This document shows, piece by piece, positions 48,788 through 60,000 of a DNA stretch of 64,000 bases; positions within the stretch are counted from its first letter, which is position 1, and each line of letters starts with the position of its first letter. Position numbers and translations under genes: made by a program. The DNA is from Thermoplasmatota archaeon (GTDB lineage: Archaea; Thermoplasmatota; Penumbrarchaeia; Penumbrarchaeales; Penumbrarchaeaceae): NCBI GenBank assembly GCA_965234725.1, contig CBDDUX010000040.1:45660-109659 (forward strand). Reading direction: 5' to 3'. Below the pieces are notes generated by a model. It made no database searches. It worked only from the letters and a program-made list of their open reading frames with translations, and was not told where the DNA came from.

Positions 48788-49354
48788 CTATGATTTGTCC
48801 AGATACTCATATTCCAGTCTCCATGCATATGAGTTTCCCTCGTCTATTATCTTATCATTTCCTGTAAGGGAGTTCATGGGATACTGGTCCTCGCAGCTTA
48901 TGAGAGTGAGCAGGATCGTGATCGTCAGAGGTCTAGTGAGCGTCTGATTATCAATATTATCGGACGGATAACTCAAAACAATAATACCCTGGCCATCTAT
49001 AATATTCGGTGCACTCCCCAATACAGAAACATGCTCACCGTTTGACAATATTGCTGTAAAAATATCGGGATAATTGGTGTAATGCCTTGCTCTGTTCGCC
49101 GGATCCTCATCGTACCAGTTCAATATGAACATCATTCGGGTCACGAATTGGTTCTCCTTCAGTTCCATTGATAATAATTCCTCACTGTTACCCTCTGTCA
49201 AGTAACCCGTTCCCTCTTCATATCCTTCAATTGTTTCACCCAGGCCCGATGAACCGACCATCATTTGATCCTGTCCGATCTCAATGCATCCAGAACCTAG
49301 AAGGATGGTAATTATTGAAATTGGAATTATGAATTTCGTCTCCATCTTCCTCAC
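48788..49354 (-). CDS. Putative lipoprotein (paralog of 48115-48672)
   Basis: Lipobox LGSGC; shares the motifs of 48115-48672. Confidence 0.75.
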   Translation of the reverse strand: MRKMETKFIIPISIITILLGSGCIEIGQDQMMVGSSGLGETIEGYEEGTGYLTEGNSEELLSMELKENQFVTRMMFILNWYDEDPANRARHYTNYPDIFTAILSNGEHVSVLGSAPNIIDGQGIIVLSYPSDNIDNQTLTRPLTITILLTLISCEDQYPMNSLTGNDKIIDEGNSYAWRLEYEYLDKS

Positions 49355-49417
49355 ATGTCAGGATTATGTATTGTATCAAATAATATACAAAATTTTTCCA
49401 GACATGTGAAAATGAAT

Positions 49418-49455
49418 AAAAAAAAACGGGGGTGGGAAGGATCCCACCCCTTTTT
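49418..49455 (-). terminator. Terminator of the r-protein operon
   Basis: GGGGTGGGA-agga-TCCCACCCC hairpin with a T9 run downstream on the minus strand. Confidence 0.75.
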
Positions 49456-49485
49456 GTTCAACTATCGTTGATCTTCTTCTTTTAT

Positions 49486-49797
49486 TTAGCCAAAGAGGGC
49501 ACCGAGTCCGGCCATTGCTTCTTCTTCTGTTGGGCCTTCCTCTTCCTCTGGCTCTTCTTCCTTCTTTTCCTCTGCAGGAGCTCCTCCGGCGGCGGCCGGA
49601 GCGGCGGCAGCGGGGGCGGAAGCCACAGCTGTCTTCATGGCCTCCTCTATGTTGACACCCTCGAGGGATGTCACGACTGCCTTGACCCTTGCGGCCTCGA
49701 CTGTGACGCCGGCGGCCTCGAGGACCTTTTTAAGGTCGCTCTCGTTGATCTTCTTTCCTGCTGAGTGAAGTAGAAGGGCACCGTATATGTATTCCAT
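49486..49797 (-). CDS. rpl12: 50S ribosomal protein L12 (P1/P2)
   Basis: [14 protein letters not shown]...[13 protein letters not shown]. Confidence 0.97.
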   Translation of the reverse strand: MEYIYGALLLHSAGKKINESDLKKVLEAAGVTVEAARVKAVVTSLEGVNIEEAMKTAVASAPAAAAPAAAGGAPAEEKKEEEPEEEEGPTEEEAMAGLGALFG

Positions 49798-49842
49798 TTT
49801 TCATACCTCCTATCTTTGATCTTTCTTTTCTCCGAGACATGC

Positions 49843-50871
49843 TCATCCGAATAGGGCTCCAAGTCCAGCCATGGCTTCCTCTTCGCCCACTTCTTCCTCC
49901 TCGGCCTCTTCCTCGCCTCCCCCATCGGCATCTCCCTTTTCGGGAGTCGCTGTCTGGGTCGGATCTGCGGCCTGAGCCGCGGCCGCTCCTGCGACGAGAG
50001 CCTGGAGGTCATCATCGAGTGCATCGGCACTCATGAGCCTCGCCAAGGCGAGCATGCCTCCGTAGGCCTTGGAGAGTATTAGGTCCGTTGTATCCTTTGT
50101 AAGGATACCGGCATAGGTGGCCAGGCTCAATGCCTGCATCCTGGCCTTCTGAACGATCGGTACTGCTGTCTGCGGTGTCATATATGCAGAGAACACCGCC
50201 AGATTGAATGCCATCTGGACCCCGTAGGTCAGATTCTGTTTGTAGGCATCCATATCTATATCGAGATCGGAGGGTTTGTAGATCAATCCCTCTTCCCACG
50301 CCCCATCAATGGTTATTCCAACCTGGAAAGGGAAGATCTCCAATTTTGTAAGGACCTGGGCAATGTCCCTTTTGATCTTGTCTCCTTTCTTGACGGGTGT
50401 GACGGTCTTCCTGATTATCACTTTACCCTTATCGATGGCGGCAGGGATACCTGCCTTTCCAAGTTCTCCAACAATTGGACCGGGTGGGAATGATGTCTCA
50501 CCAGCCATGACCTTGATATCCTCAGGTGCTTCCTCGCCTCCCTTTGCAGGCATGGGCTGCACGTTTGAATCAAGGATCTTGTAGAGAGAAAAGGGATTCA
50601 AATTCGTTCCCAGAAGAGCTGCCTGACCATCCATCGCGTCACTCAGCTTCACAAGATCGGGCCTTCCCTCACTCTCATTCTCCAGAGCGATCTTGATCAG
50701 TGTCTTCTTGGCCACCTGGAATGCCATCTTGTCCCTCAAAAGGGCCCTTAGGGACTGGAGCTGTTTACCGGGTATCCTGTCCACTCTAACGATCGCGATG
50801 GTCTTATGATCTGTGATTATTTTCTGGAGGTCTGCAACCTGGTCCTTCTTCCAATCAGCGACATGTGCCAT
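49843..50871 (-). CDS. rpl10: 50S ribosomal protein L10 (P0)
   Basis: MAHVADWKK, NPFSLYK, GETSFPPGP, acidic tail AGLGALFG. Confidence 0.97.
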   Translation of the reverse strand: MAHVADWKKDQVADLQKIITDHKTIAIVRVDRIPGKQLQSLRALLRDKMAFQVAKKTLIKIALENESEGRPDLVKLSDAMDGQAALLGTNLNPFSLYKILDSNVQPMPAKGGEEAPEDIKVMAGETSFPPGPIVGELGKAGIPAAIDKGKVIIRKTVTPVKKGDKIKRDIAQVLTKLEIFPFQVGITIDGAWEEGLIYKPSDLDIDMDAYKQNLTYGVQMAFNLAVFSAYMTPQTAVPIVQKARMQALSLATYAGILTKDTTDLILSKAYGGMLALARLMSADALDDDLQALVAGAAAAQAADPTQTATPEKGDADGGGEEEAEEEEVGEEEAMAGLGALFG

Positions 50872-50876
50872 CATGA

Positions 50877-51521
50877 TCACCTCAATTCGAGTTTGATCGC
50901 CGGTCCCATGGTCGTCTTGACATAGGCCGATTGAATGTTCATGACTCCCCTTTCAAGCTTTGACCTGATCCTGCCAACCACAGCCTCGATATTCTCGGCT
51001 ATCAATTCCGGGTCCATTGTCTTTGTTCCAACAGCAACGTGGAAGGTCCTCCTATCCTTGGTCCTGACCTTCACGGTGTTCCTGAGATTGGCGATGATAC
51101 CGGTCGGATCCGAACCTGGGGGAACCGGTCTTGGCATCTTTCCCCTTGGACCCAGAATGACACCGAGGTTCTTACCAACCTGTGCCATTAGAGGGGCCTC
51201 AGCAATGAAGAAATCTATCTGGGATACCTTCTTCTTTGTATCGGATTTCTCATCCTTCATACCGGATATCTCTTCGGGCGGGATGACCAGGTCAGCCACA
51301 TCCTTTGCCTTTTCCCTCATCTCAGGAGTGGCGAAGATACCGATCTTAACCTCCCTTCCTCTACCATGTGGAAGGATTATCTCCTCGGTAAGCCTGTTCT
51401 TTGGATTGGTCAGATCCACATCCTTGAGGTTTATGGCAAGTTCAACGGATTCGAGGAACTTTCTTTCAGGGGCATTTTTAATTGCCTCCTTAACTGCCTT
51501 CATTATGATTTCGTCAGCCAT
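50877..51521 (-). CDS. rpl1: 50S ribosomal protein L1
   Basis: RKFLESVELAINLK, LPHGRG, LGPRGKMP, YVKTTMGP. Confidence 0.97.
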   Translation of the reverse strand: MADEIIMKAVKEAIKNAPERKFLESVELAINLKDVDLTNPKNRLTEEIILPHGRGREVKIGIFATPEMREKAKDVADLVIPPEEISGMKDEKSDTKKKVSQIDFFIAEAPLMAQVGKNLGVILGPRGKMPRPVPPGSDPTGIIANLRNTVKVRTKDRRTFHVAVGTKTMDPELIAENIEAVVGRIRSKLERGVMNIQSAYVKTTMGPAIKLELR

Positions 51522-51533
51522 ATCATCACCCCG

Positions 51534-51577
51534 TGTAGTTATTCGGAGGTCGATCGAAGATCGAAGCCCCTCCTACA
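51534..51577 (-). promoter_or_regulatory. Putative L1-binding autoregulatory RNA element between rpl11 and rpl1
   Basis: Minus strand UGUAG-GAGG-GGCU-UCGAUCUUCGAUCGA-CCUC-CGAAUAA-CUACA: two helices around an asymmetric purine-rich loop, just upstream of the rpl1 SD. Confidence 0.65.
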
Positions 51578-51602
51578 TCGGAATCGTACTTCTTTCACGC
51601 GG

Positions 51603-52085
51603 TCACTCCGCGTCGAGGAGGGCCTTATAATGGCCCTCATTTATAAGCTTTTGTACCTCTCTGGGGTCCTTTCCATCAACGGAGATGTGCAGGGAAACAG
51701 CCGTTCCCAGGACCTCTTTTACTGCAGCTTCTAGCTCAATACCGAGAAGGGAATCCCTCTTCATCCTGGCAACCTTGATGGCCTTTTCGAAAGGAAGATT
51801 GGTGGTGGACCTACCCGATACGTCACCTGGACCCTTGTCTATGCCAAGTTCCTGAAGAATGAGCGAGGATGTAGGCGGAGTGCCCACGGTGATCGAATAT
51901 TCCTTGGTCTTGGGATCAATAAGGACAATGACCGGGACCTTCATACCGGTGAATTCCTTGGTCTTCTGATTTATCTCGGCAACGATCTTGCCAATGTTAA
52001 CTCCAAGCGGTCCCAGTGCAGGACCCAGGGGTGGACCTGCGGACGCTTTTCCTCCGTCAACGAGGGCCTCGATCTTTTCAGGCAT
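51603..52085 (-). CDS. rpl11: 50S ribosomal protein L11
   Basis: VDGGKASAGPPLGPALGPLG, GMKVPV, VGTPPTS. Confidence 0.97.
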   Translation of the reverse strand: MPEKIEALVDGGKASAGPPLGPALGPLGVNIGKIVAEINQKTKEFTGMKVPVIVLIDPKTKEYSITVGTPPTSSLILQELGIDKGPGDVSGRSTTNLPFEKAIKVARMKRDSLLGIELEAAVKEVLGTAVSLHISVDGKDPREVQKLINEGHYKALLDAE

Positions 52086-52225
52086 CTAATGATTCCTCCT
52101 TATCTCCATGCATAGAGCATGGACGCTTTGTGGCCGAAAGAGGTTTTCATATTAAAAGGTGTAGGCCTTAAGAGGTATTACAGGAACCGGGAAACATTAT
52201 TATCCAGCCTGTCCTTGAAGAGCAC

Positions 52226-55200
52226 ATGGACTACCGGAGGAAGGTCTTGAGCATCCTTTCTGCTGTCATTTTCCTTAGTTCCACTCTTATCCTCCTTCTT
52301 GGGGATGGCAGTGGGGACCTTCCCGGAGGTCCTCCTGACCTTACAATATCCATATTCACAGCTGAACCTAACAAAGATGACGGATTCAGAATAGAACTCG
52401 AAATCGCAAACAAAGGATCCTCTTCTTCTGACAGGACCGAGGCCATCTTGTGGGATGAATGGGACCTGCTGAATGGCAACAGGACCAGAATAGGCGGGAT
52501 CACCGTCCCCCCATTGGATGCTGGTGAGGACCATAAAACGGTCCTGAGCTGGGACCCAGAAACCTCCACACCTCACAGATTGTGGGCCCTGATAGATCCT
52601 GAATCCTCAGTGAAGGAAGTGACCGCTTCCAATAATGTCGGGTCAATTATGGTTCGCCTACCCAAAATATCCGGTATCAGATCACCATTGGATGGAGATC
52701 CCAGTTCCGATGTCATTGGAACCTATCTTAAAGGCATCCCTCTGACCCTTCCTATCACAGTGGACCTCGACAGGGAAGTGGATCCCGACCTTCTGAGGAT
52801 CTACATAGAAAATGAGACGGGATCGCAGAAATTCGCCCCATATCTTACAGACGGTACCTTCTCCGCCGAATTGGATGTTTCCACTTTTGATGATGGTATC
52901 AATGAGTTCATCATCAACTCCACATATGCAAGGGTCCCCCTGGATCAAAGGGCGTTCCAACTGGAAGTGAGAGAACTGCCTTCATGGTCCGGTTCCCTGA
53001 TGGATCCATTCGTTGAATTCGTCAAGGAAGATGGCTGTTACCTCATAAACGGTTATATTGACATACCAACATTGGATTGGAACGTTCCCATTGAAAGTTC
53101 AAGTGGATCCTCTAATGTGATGTTCGCATATACCCAGAAGGATATCCTGGTCGAGGCGAAGATCGGTCTGGATGGCAGGGGTTCCATCGAGGCTCGAGGT
53201 AACATTCCCCTTTCGATCTCCGGTTCCGATTTCACTTTGAGAGTCCATGGATCGGAATTCCTGGAAGATGCCTGGGAAGACCTGATCATGAGCATTTCCG
53301 GTAATGTTGAAATGGAAGGCATCGGTCTATTTTCCCATGGTGGGTCCTTTAGCACTATTCTCAAGGATGGGAGAAGCATGGACCTTCCGATTAGGCCAAT
53401 CATCAATGGAACAGCCTCCTCCAATATCGACCTTGGACTGCGATCGGACGGGATCACTTTTGGTGGAGGGCTTGAACTTGCGCTCCATGGTAACAATACA
53501 GAATCATACTCCCTGAAGCTCCCGGGATTCGACAGACCATTGATGGAAATTGGATCAAAAGTGGATTGGACCTCGGACCATGAACTGCAGGATAACGGGA
53601 CATGGGCCACAGTCGGGACCATATATCTCAACAATTCGGTCTCAGTTGTTGATACCGGACTTCCATTGACCGATACAACACCTCAGAACGATCTTCCGGA
53701 TATTGGGTTCGGTGCGGACCTTGAACTAACCCCGGAGGGAGGAACCGCCAGTGTTATGATAACCAGGGAAATGGGCCATAATAGTGCCGTAACCCTTGAT
53801 ATCAACGGTTCCAAGTCGCAGGTGTCAAGGGATAACCGTTATCGATCCTCCCCTTCACTTGAGATCATGGAAGATGGCTCTCCCCTGGTCGTTTGGACCT
53901 GGTCTGAGAGCTGGTCGACGGATCCCCGGGATAGGTTCGGGTCTCTGATGATCATGTCATCCCATGGGGACCAGAAGGGCATTTTTTCAGGTAACGGAAC
54001 CCCGATCGATGACACGGAGGGAGCTGACCTTCATCCCGACCTTGCCAATTATGGTTCCAGAACAGCTGTTGTATGGACAAGGGATATCGACTCCGATCCC
54101 AGAACAAAAGGGGACATGGAGATCCTCATATCCGTTATGGAGGGGATTAACTGGTCTGAACCCATTCAGGTCACATCGAACTCGATATCAGATGATCATG
54201 CCTCTCTTGTCTTCGACTCGTTTGGGGATCTCTGGGTTGCCTGGCTTCAAGATGGAACCTCCGCAAAGATCAGAAAAATGGAGTGGGATTCCAGGTTATG
54301 GAGCAGCATTGTTGAATTCAGGGGCGTGGGGGAAGGTTCCACCATTTTTGATCTGGATATGTCCGGAAATGGTAGAGACGAGGTCTTGATCGCTGTCTCC
54401 ACCCTGAATATGATCGGTGAGTATGAGGTCTGGACCATGCCTGCAGGAAGGAACATAGAGAACCTTCTTGGTGATCCGATCCTGATAGAGAGAACGGATC
54501 ACATTGTAACAGAGCTCTCTGTAAAAGAGGGAGAAGATGAGGGTCTGATCCTGTCATGGATCTCCTCGAGTGGAGGGCGAAATGATATCAGGTTCTCCAT
54601 CGGAACCACTCTTGATGAGAACATCACCTGGACTGGATCGCTGCCTTTGACGGACAATGAGAATATCGAGGTCTCCCAGTTGATCCTTCCTACAAAGGAT
54701 GGAGAAACCCTTGCCTATATTCCGATTATCGGACCAGATGGAAACCTGACGATTGGTGATAACGGAGAGATCAAGAATATCGACCTTTCCGGAGCTGCTG
54801 GGATCGAGGAGGTCTGGTATGAACTTCTCGGAGATTACAAAAGATGGGAAACGGTCTCCATTTCAGCGGATGTAAGGAATATTGGACTTTCTCCCACAGG
54901 AAAGGTTTATTTGAACCTTGACAGGATCTCCAGAGACCCGGTTACCGGAGATCTGACAAGGGTTTCGGTCCAATCAAAACTGGTACAATTCACAGGTAAA
55001 GGGGATATCGAAACGATCTCCTTCACCACAACACTGGTTGAATATCAGATCGATTATTTCCTGTGGGCTTCGTCTTCCTGGGGTACACCACCTGCATATA
55101 CGTCCAGTGCTTCTGTGCACCTTCCGGTTACCTCAGATCCAAGGATTATCCATACTGCCGTGGAAATGGATGAGACGGACCCTTTCAATGCCACTGTCAG

Positions 55201-56311
55201 GGTCATAGTGAAGAATGACGGTCTGGTCACCGAGGATCCACTTACAATCAAGGTGATTGGAGGAAAAATAGGTAATGTCAGCAGTCTCTGTTCCAATATT
55301 GAAATGAAAGACCTTATGATATTGAACCAGACAACTGATGGTCTAGGCCCCCAAACCCAGAGAGAATATGGTTTGAACATCACAATGGTTCCGGGACTGA
55401 ACCAGATATGGGTCGTTATCCTCCTGCAGGATGGCAGTCAATTAATGGAAGGACCTCTGATGGCAGATATCATTCCCAATGCTGTATTGGAGATGGATCC
55501 CTCATTAATACTTGCAAACAGAGGGGATGTCATTTCCATACCCATCAAGATAAAGAACTTGGGCGCGGTAGACCTCCTTCCATCATCGGAAAGCAGTGGA
55601 TCTGTGATCAATATTTCCTTGCTGGATACTGATGGTATTGTTGTAATGAACAGAACCTATGAAACAAGTATACCTCCTCCATTCTCCGAATATAATATCA
55701 CCTTTCCCATTGAGACCTCTCTCCTTCCCATCGGTAAGTATTCAATCAAGGTCCAGATCCTGGAGTTGGATGGTATTCCCTTCGATCCGATGAAAAGAGG
55801 ACCCATCGAAAAGGGATTGATGATCCTTGAAAAGGAAAAAATAGTTTTGTCCTGGAGCGGGGACCTTGTGGACTTCGGATTCATTGGGAAAGCATTCATG
55901 GTCAATGTTACAAATCCCACTAACAGAACGATCCCTGTCTCAAGGGTCGTACTTTACAATGGGGTTCCCGGTGATGATGTCGTCCTTTCAGAAGCATTCA
56001 TAACAGGGATCCGCCCCAATGTCACCGAATCCACAGCCCTACCACTTGGTATCGATGAGGGGCTTTACGTTCTATCCATTGAAGCTTCAACATGCCTGTC
56101 AACGGACATCTCCGTACCTTGGAATGATATGGTCAAGGATTCAGGTACCTTCGAGTTCACAGTGGAGAAGTATGTTCCACCAAGGGAAAAGGATGAAAGT
56201 TTGGATATGGGAGATGTGACGGATAGTATCATGATCGGCCTTTCCGCCATAGCATCAGTTGTCTTGATCGCTGCCCTTTTCAGGAGAAAGAACGAAGTGG
56301 ATGAAGCCTGA
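52226..56311 (+). CDS. Large CARDB-domain surface protein with TM anchor
   Basis: Signal peptide; PDLTI..N.G..IDP...VKE....NN CARDB; P.L....VVW propeller-like repeats; C-terminal TM + RRK. Confidence 0.78.
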   Translation: MDYRRKVLSILSAVIFLSSTLILLLGDGSGDLPGGPPDLTISIFTAEPNKDDGFRIELEIANKGSSSSDRTEAILWDEWDLLNGNRTRIGGITVPPLDAGEDHKTVLSWDPETSTPHRLWALIDPESSVKEVTASNNVGSIMVRLPKISGIRSPLDGDPSSDVIGTYLKGIPLTLPITVDLDREVDPDLLRIYIENETGSQKFAPYLTDGTFSAELDVSTFDDGINEFIINSTYARVPLDQRAFQLEVRELPSWSGSLMDPFVEFVKEDGCYLINGYIDIPTLDWNVPIESSSGSSNVMFAYTQKDILVEAKIGLDGRGSIEARGNIPLSISGSDFTLRVHGSEFLEDAWEDLIMSISGNVEMEGIGLFSHGGSFSTILKDGRSMDLPIRPIINGTASSNIDLGLRSDGITFGGGLELALHGNNTESYSLKLPGFDRPLMEIGSKVDWTSDHELQDNGTWATVGTIYLNNSVSVVDTGLPLTDTTPQNDLPDIGFGADLELTPEGGTASVMITREMGHNSAVTLDINGSKSQVSRDNRYRSSPSLEIMEDGSPLVVWTWSESWSTDPRDRFGSLMIMSSHGDQKGIFSGNGTPIDDTEGADLHPDLANYGSRTAVVWTRDIDSDPRTKGDMEILISVMEGINWSEPIQVTSNSISDDHASLVFDSFGDLWVAWLQDGTSAKIRKMEWDSRLWSSIVEFRGVGEGSTIFDLDMSGNGRDEVLIAVSTLNMIGEYEVWTMPAGRNIENLLGDPILIERTDHIVTELSVKEGEDEGLILSWISSSGGRNDIRFSIGTTLDENITWTGSLPLTDNENIEVSQLILPTKDGETLAYIPIIGPDGNLTIGDNGEIKNIDLSGAAGIEEVWYELLGDYKRWETVSISADVRNIGLSPTGKVYLNLDRISRDPVTGDLTRVSVQSKLVQFTGKGDIETISFTTTLVEYQIDYFLWASSSWGTPPAYTSSASVHLPVTSDPRIIHTAVEMDETDPFNATVRVIVKNDGLVTEDPLTIKVIGGKIGNVSSLCSNIEMKDLMILNQTTDGLGPQTQREYGLNITMVPGLNQIWVVILLQDGSQLMEGPLMADIIPNAVLEMDPSLILANRGDVISIPIKIKNLGAVDLLPSSESSGSVINISLLDTDGIVVMNRTYETSIPPPFSEYNITFPIETSLLPIGKYSIKVQILELDGIPFDPMKRGPIEKGLMILEKEKIVLSWSGDLVDFGFIGKAFMVNVTNPTNRTIPVSRVVLYNGVPGDDVVLSEAFITGIRPNVTESTALPLGIDEGLYVLSIEASTCLSTDISVPWNDMVKDSGTFEFTVEKYVPPREKDESLDMGDVTDSIMIGLSAIASVVLIAALFRRKNEVDEA

Positions 56312-56905
56312 TCATTCCCTGTCTCTTTTCTTATGTCTTCTTCCTGACTTTCTATTGGCCCCGTAACCTGTAAGGAAAACAAGGACCAAAACTGCTGCGC
56401 CTATACCTGCCGATATTTCAAAGGAAGTATACTCGAGAAGTATCATGAAGGTCCCTGCTCCAGCGAGGAGTCCGCCTACCAGAGATGTTGCTCCCGCAAG
56501 CACTCTTCTGGCCAGGAAGGAGAATATCCATGATCCTATTAGCCCGACGATGATCGCAACGACCCATACAAGAACATTCGAGGCTCCTAGGGAATCTGCA
56601 GTGCTGGCACCTATGTTGAAACAAACTATGAAGACAACTATTGTCAGCATCAACCAAAGGAGTGTTGGAGCAAGCAGTGCTCCCAGGATCAACCCGAGGA
56701 TTCCCCCGACCACAGCACCAATAAGTGCGATCAAAGGTCCAAAAAGCAGCCCTACGGTCCCTCCAACAACCATCAATACAATACCAAGGATCAGAGCTCC
56801 GGCAGTCCTTACGAAGCTCTCCAGGATCTTCAAGCCCCTGTATGCGATCACCAGACCCATTAGGATAAGGACAGCCGCTCCGATCAAAACCAGAATATCT
56901 ACCAA
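56312..56905 (-). CDS. DUF4203/TMEM198-like multi-pass membrane protein
   Basis: Gly-rich TM helices, G.KI...., TSLVGG. Confidence 0.6.
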   Translation of the reverse strand: MVDILVLIGAAVLILMGLVIAYRGLKILESFVRTAGALILGIVLMVVGGTVGLLFGPLIALIGAVVGGILGLILGALLAPTLLWLMLTIVVFIVCFNIGASTADSLGASNVLVWVVAIIVGLIGSWIFSFLARRVLAGATSLVGGLLAGAGTFMILLEYTSFEISAGIGAAVLVLVFLTGYGANRKSGRRHKKRDRE

Positions 56906-57067
56906 TTAGCCCACCTTAGATCTGTAAGCCTTATCCGAATGTATAATATTTGCCTTGAATATAATGGATCATGATAACCTTAAAATTATCATCTTGTCGT
57001 ATTTGTGACCACAAATACTTAAAACCAATCCAGGATAATCATAGACTGTAATGATCGGTGATATAAT

Positions 57068-60000
57068 ATGAGGACCATCTCCCTTATCATAGCATTATCA
57101 ATGCTGATATCCTTCTCACTTCCTGCACTTTCCCTGATCTCGGAAGATAATTCCATAGCTCATGGTGAAACTCGGGTCTGGGAAATGGACCTTCATTTCG
57201 ATGATCCAATAATTCATCATTATCCCGAAGGTATCTCGATCGAAGTTCAGGGACTGGATAACGACCAAAGACCCGGGGCCTTATCATTACCAAGGCTCAC
57301 CCTCGATTTCCAGATCCCGGTGGATTCCGATATTGTAACCTTTTCACTTGTTGATGGAGAATACGAAAACATGGACCCAGAAGGTGCAATTCAAAGAAAT
57401 CTTCCTGATGTCCCAAGTGCAGACCTTTCCCTCTGGGATAGGGTCCAGGTTGATATTCCGGTTCCAGTTGACCATTTCGAGTATGATCTGGGTACAGGCC
57501 TGGACCTTGACACGAGAGAAACAATGTGCAAAGTATCCGTGGGGGTCTACCCCTGTGTTCCGGATGACGGAGGGATCAGGTTCCTCAGGTCTGGCAAATT
57601 AAAGATGGAATACATTGAACCGGAATCAGACCCCATAGTGGGAGATGTTACCTATGATCTTCTGGTCATAACCCCTGATGAATTCGCTGATGAGATGGAC
57701 CTTTATTCGGATTACCGGAACCAGACAGGGATCGACACTATAGTTATCACTCTATCTGACATCATCGAGGACAGGATTTGGAACATTACAGGTACGGATA
57801 TCGCAGAGGAGATGAAACTCTTCATCATGGAGGCAAGGTTGAACTGGTCTGTGGATTCCGTTCTTCTGGTGGGAGATGTCAATGTCATGCCAGCGAGGGA
57901 GATAATGGTCCTTGACGGATACGATGACGGAGGTAATTCTGATGGAAGGTTCCTCCCAAGCGACCTTTATTTCGCCGATCTTTTCGAGGAGGGCACCACC
58001 GAGTTCTGTACATGGAATGACCGCGTCGACGATTATCATGTATCACTCTGGGGCGAGTATAACGGCGGGAACCTGGATGGTGTAGATCTGTATCCGGATG
58101 TCATAATCGGGAGAATACCGGCAAGCAGTGAAGCGGAACTCGACCTGATGCTTGAAAAACTCCAGCAATACGAGCTTACCGCAATGGGTTCCGAATGGTT
58201 CCAGAATGCCACTGTATGTGGGACCAATACATTCGTCAGTGGAGCCCCACATTACGACACATCCGGTATCAACGAAGGAGAGTACATGTCGGACATAATA
58301 TCATCCGGTCCTCTATCTGAATTCAATTCCACGAAACATTACGAATCCCTGGGGAACCTGAATTCGATCGCTACCACAGTTGACAAGGGATGTGGATTCT
58401 TCGAAATGTCGGATCACGGTGGATATGACGGATGGGGATATGCCCCGGGTGCATCTGTCACAAATTCTCTGGCTTATGGCCTTGATAACGGTTTCGAACT
58501 GCCAGTAGTGGTACTTGATGCCTGTCTGACACATGGATTCGACAATGACAACGCAACCGGATCTCCAGAATCCTTCGACCCTGTATACGGTTATTCATAC
58601 TATCCTCCAGGATCGGCCAGGTCCTGGATGGATTGTCTGGGAGAGCAGTTCCATAAGGCACCCAACGGCGGGGCCGTTGCCACTTTCGGATGCACCAGGG
58701 TGGGTTACGGGGCATATGGGACCAGCTATGCTACCAGGAATTCAGGATATGTCAACCTGCACATCCATGAAGCCTATGCTGATGGTTATATCAAAGCGGG
58801 AGAGATGCTTGCAAAAGCCCTTGAAGATTATATTGCTGGTCCTGGCCCATCAGGTTCCGCTTCTTTTAAAACACTCACTGAATTTGTTCTGCTTGGTGAT
58901 CCTACCTTAACAGTTGGCGGAGTGAATGGAGCCAATATCGAGATCGCCTCGGAAACCATTGCCACTGGTCTGCTTCCTAATATTACCAAGGTCATTGAAT
59001 TCAACATGACGAACACGGGATTCCTCTCAAGCAACGTATCCATCAATGCTGTTTTCGATGTTGGTGATACAGGTTCCTGGATCTTCGAGGTTATCCCAGG
59101 GAACGTTGAGATAGGATCGGACCAGGTTATCGATGGAACACTTTCGATCACAGCCCCGGAGAATGCAATAATGGGTACGGAGAAGACCATAGTCATCCGT
59201 GTAAGTTCTCCCCTTATGTCCGAACCTGCAACACTCGAGATCGATGTTATCCTTGAAAGGTCCTTTGGACTTGATGTTGAAACCGACCCAGGATCAGCTT
59301 CAACGGTCCAGGCAGGGACAGTTGGAGGACACCTCAACTTGACAAATAGGGGTAACGGACCTGAAGAGATCGAACTTGATTTCACAGGTTTGCCAGTGGA
59401 TTGGGAGCTGGAACTAGGATCCGAGATAGTGGAGATGGTACCCTTCGAAGAAGAGAGGGTCCCGTTCAGGATAACCCTGCCTCCAGAATGTATTGCAGGT
59501 AATTACAGGATACCAATCACCTGCAGTTCGATACTTGATCCTGCAACAGCCTCCACCAACCTGACAATTAAGGTCGATGCCGACCATGAACTCGACCTGG
59601 AGGTCATTTCAGGCAGGATAGACATAGGTCCGGGAGAAGAAGGGGCTTTCATCGTGAATGTTAAGAACCTTGGAAATTCCGATGTATCTGTGGACCTTGG
59701 ACTGGGAAGGACCGTACTTCCTGGCTGGAACCTTTCAATTTCCGAGGAGATAGTAACGGTCCCTGCGTTCTCGAACGTCAATGTGACCGTGAATGTTGGA
59801 TCACCTGCTCTGGTATCACCAAGGACCTACCAGATCTACATCAATGCAACGGATGGTGAATCCAGTGCCCAGACGAACGCTGTGATCAATATAACCAAAC
59901 TCTTCAGTTTCGAAATATCATGTGATGAACCGGAGAAGGTCCAGGATGGGACCGTCGCAACCTATTTTGATATCGACATCCATAATCAGGGTAATATTTA

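Noticed and set aside
49486-49900. Near-identical C-termini of L10 and L12 as a repeat
   Set aside because: Normal conserved feature of archaeal stalk proteins
50935-51630. Long antisense ORFs (e.g. 50935-51630, 27219-27953, 36121-36789, 53053-53634)
   Set aside because: Shadows of well-supported genes on the opposite strand, with no motifs of their own
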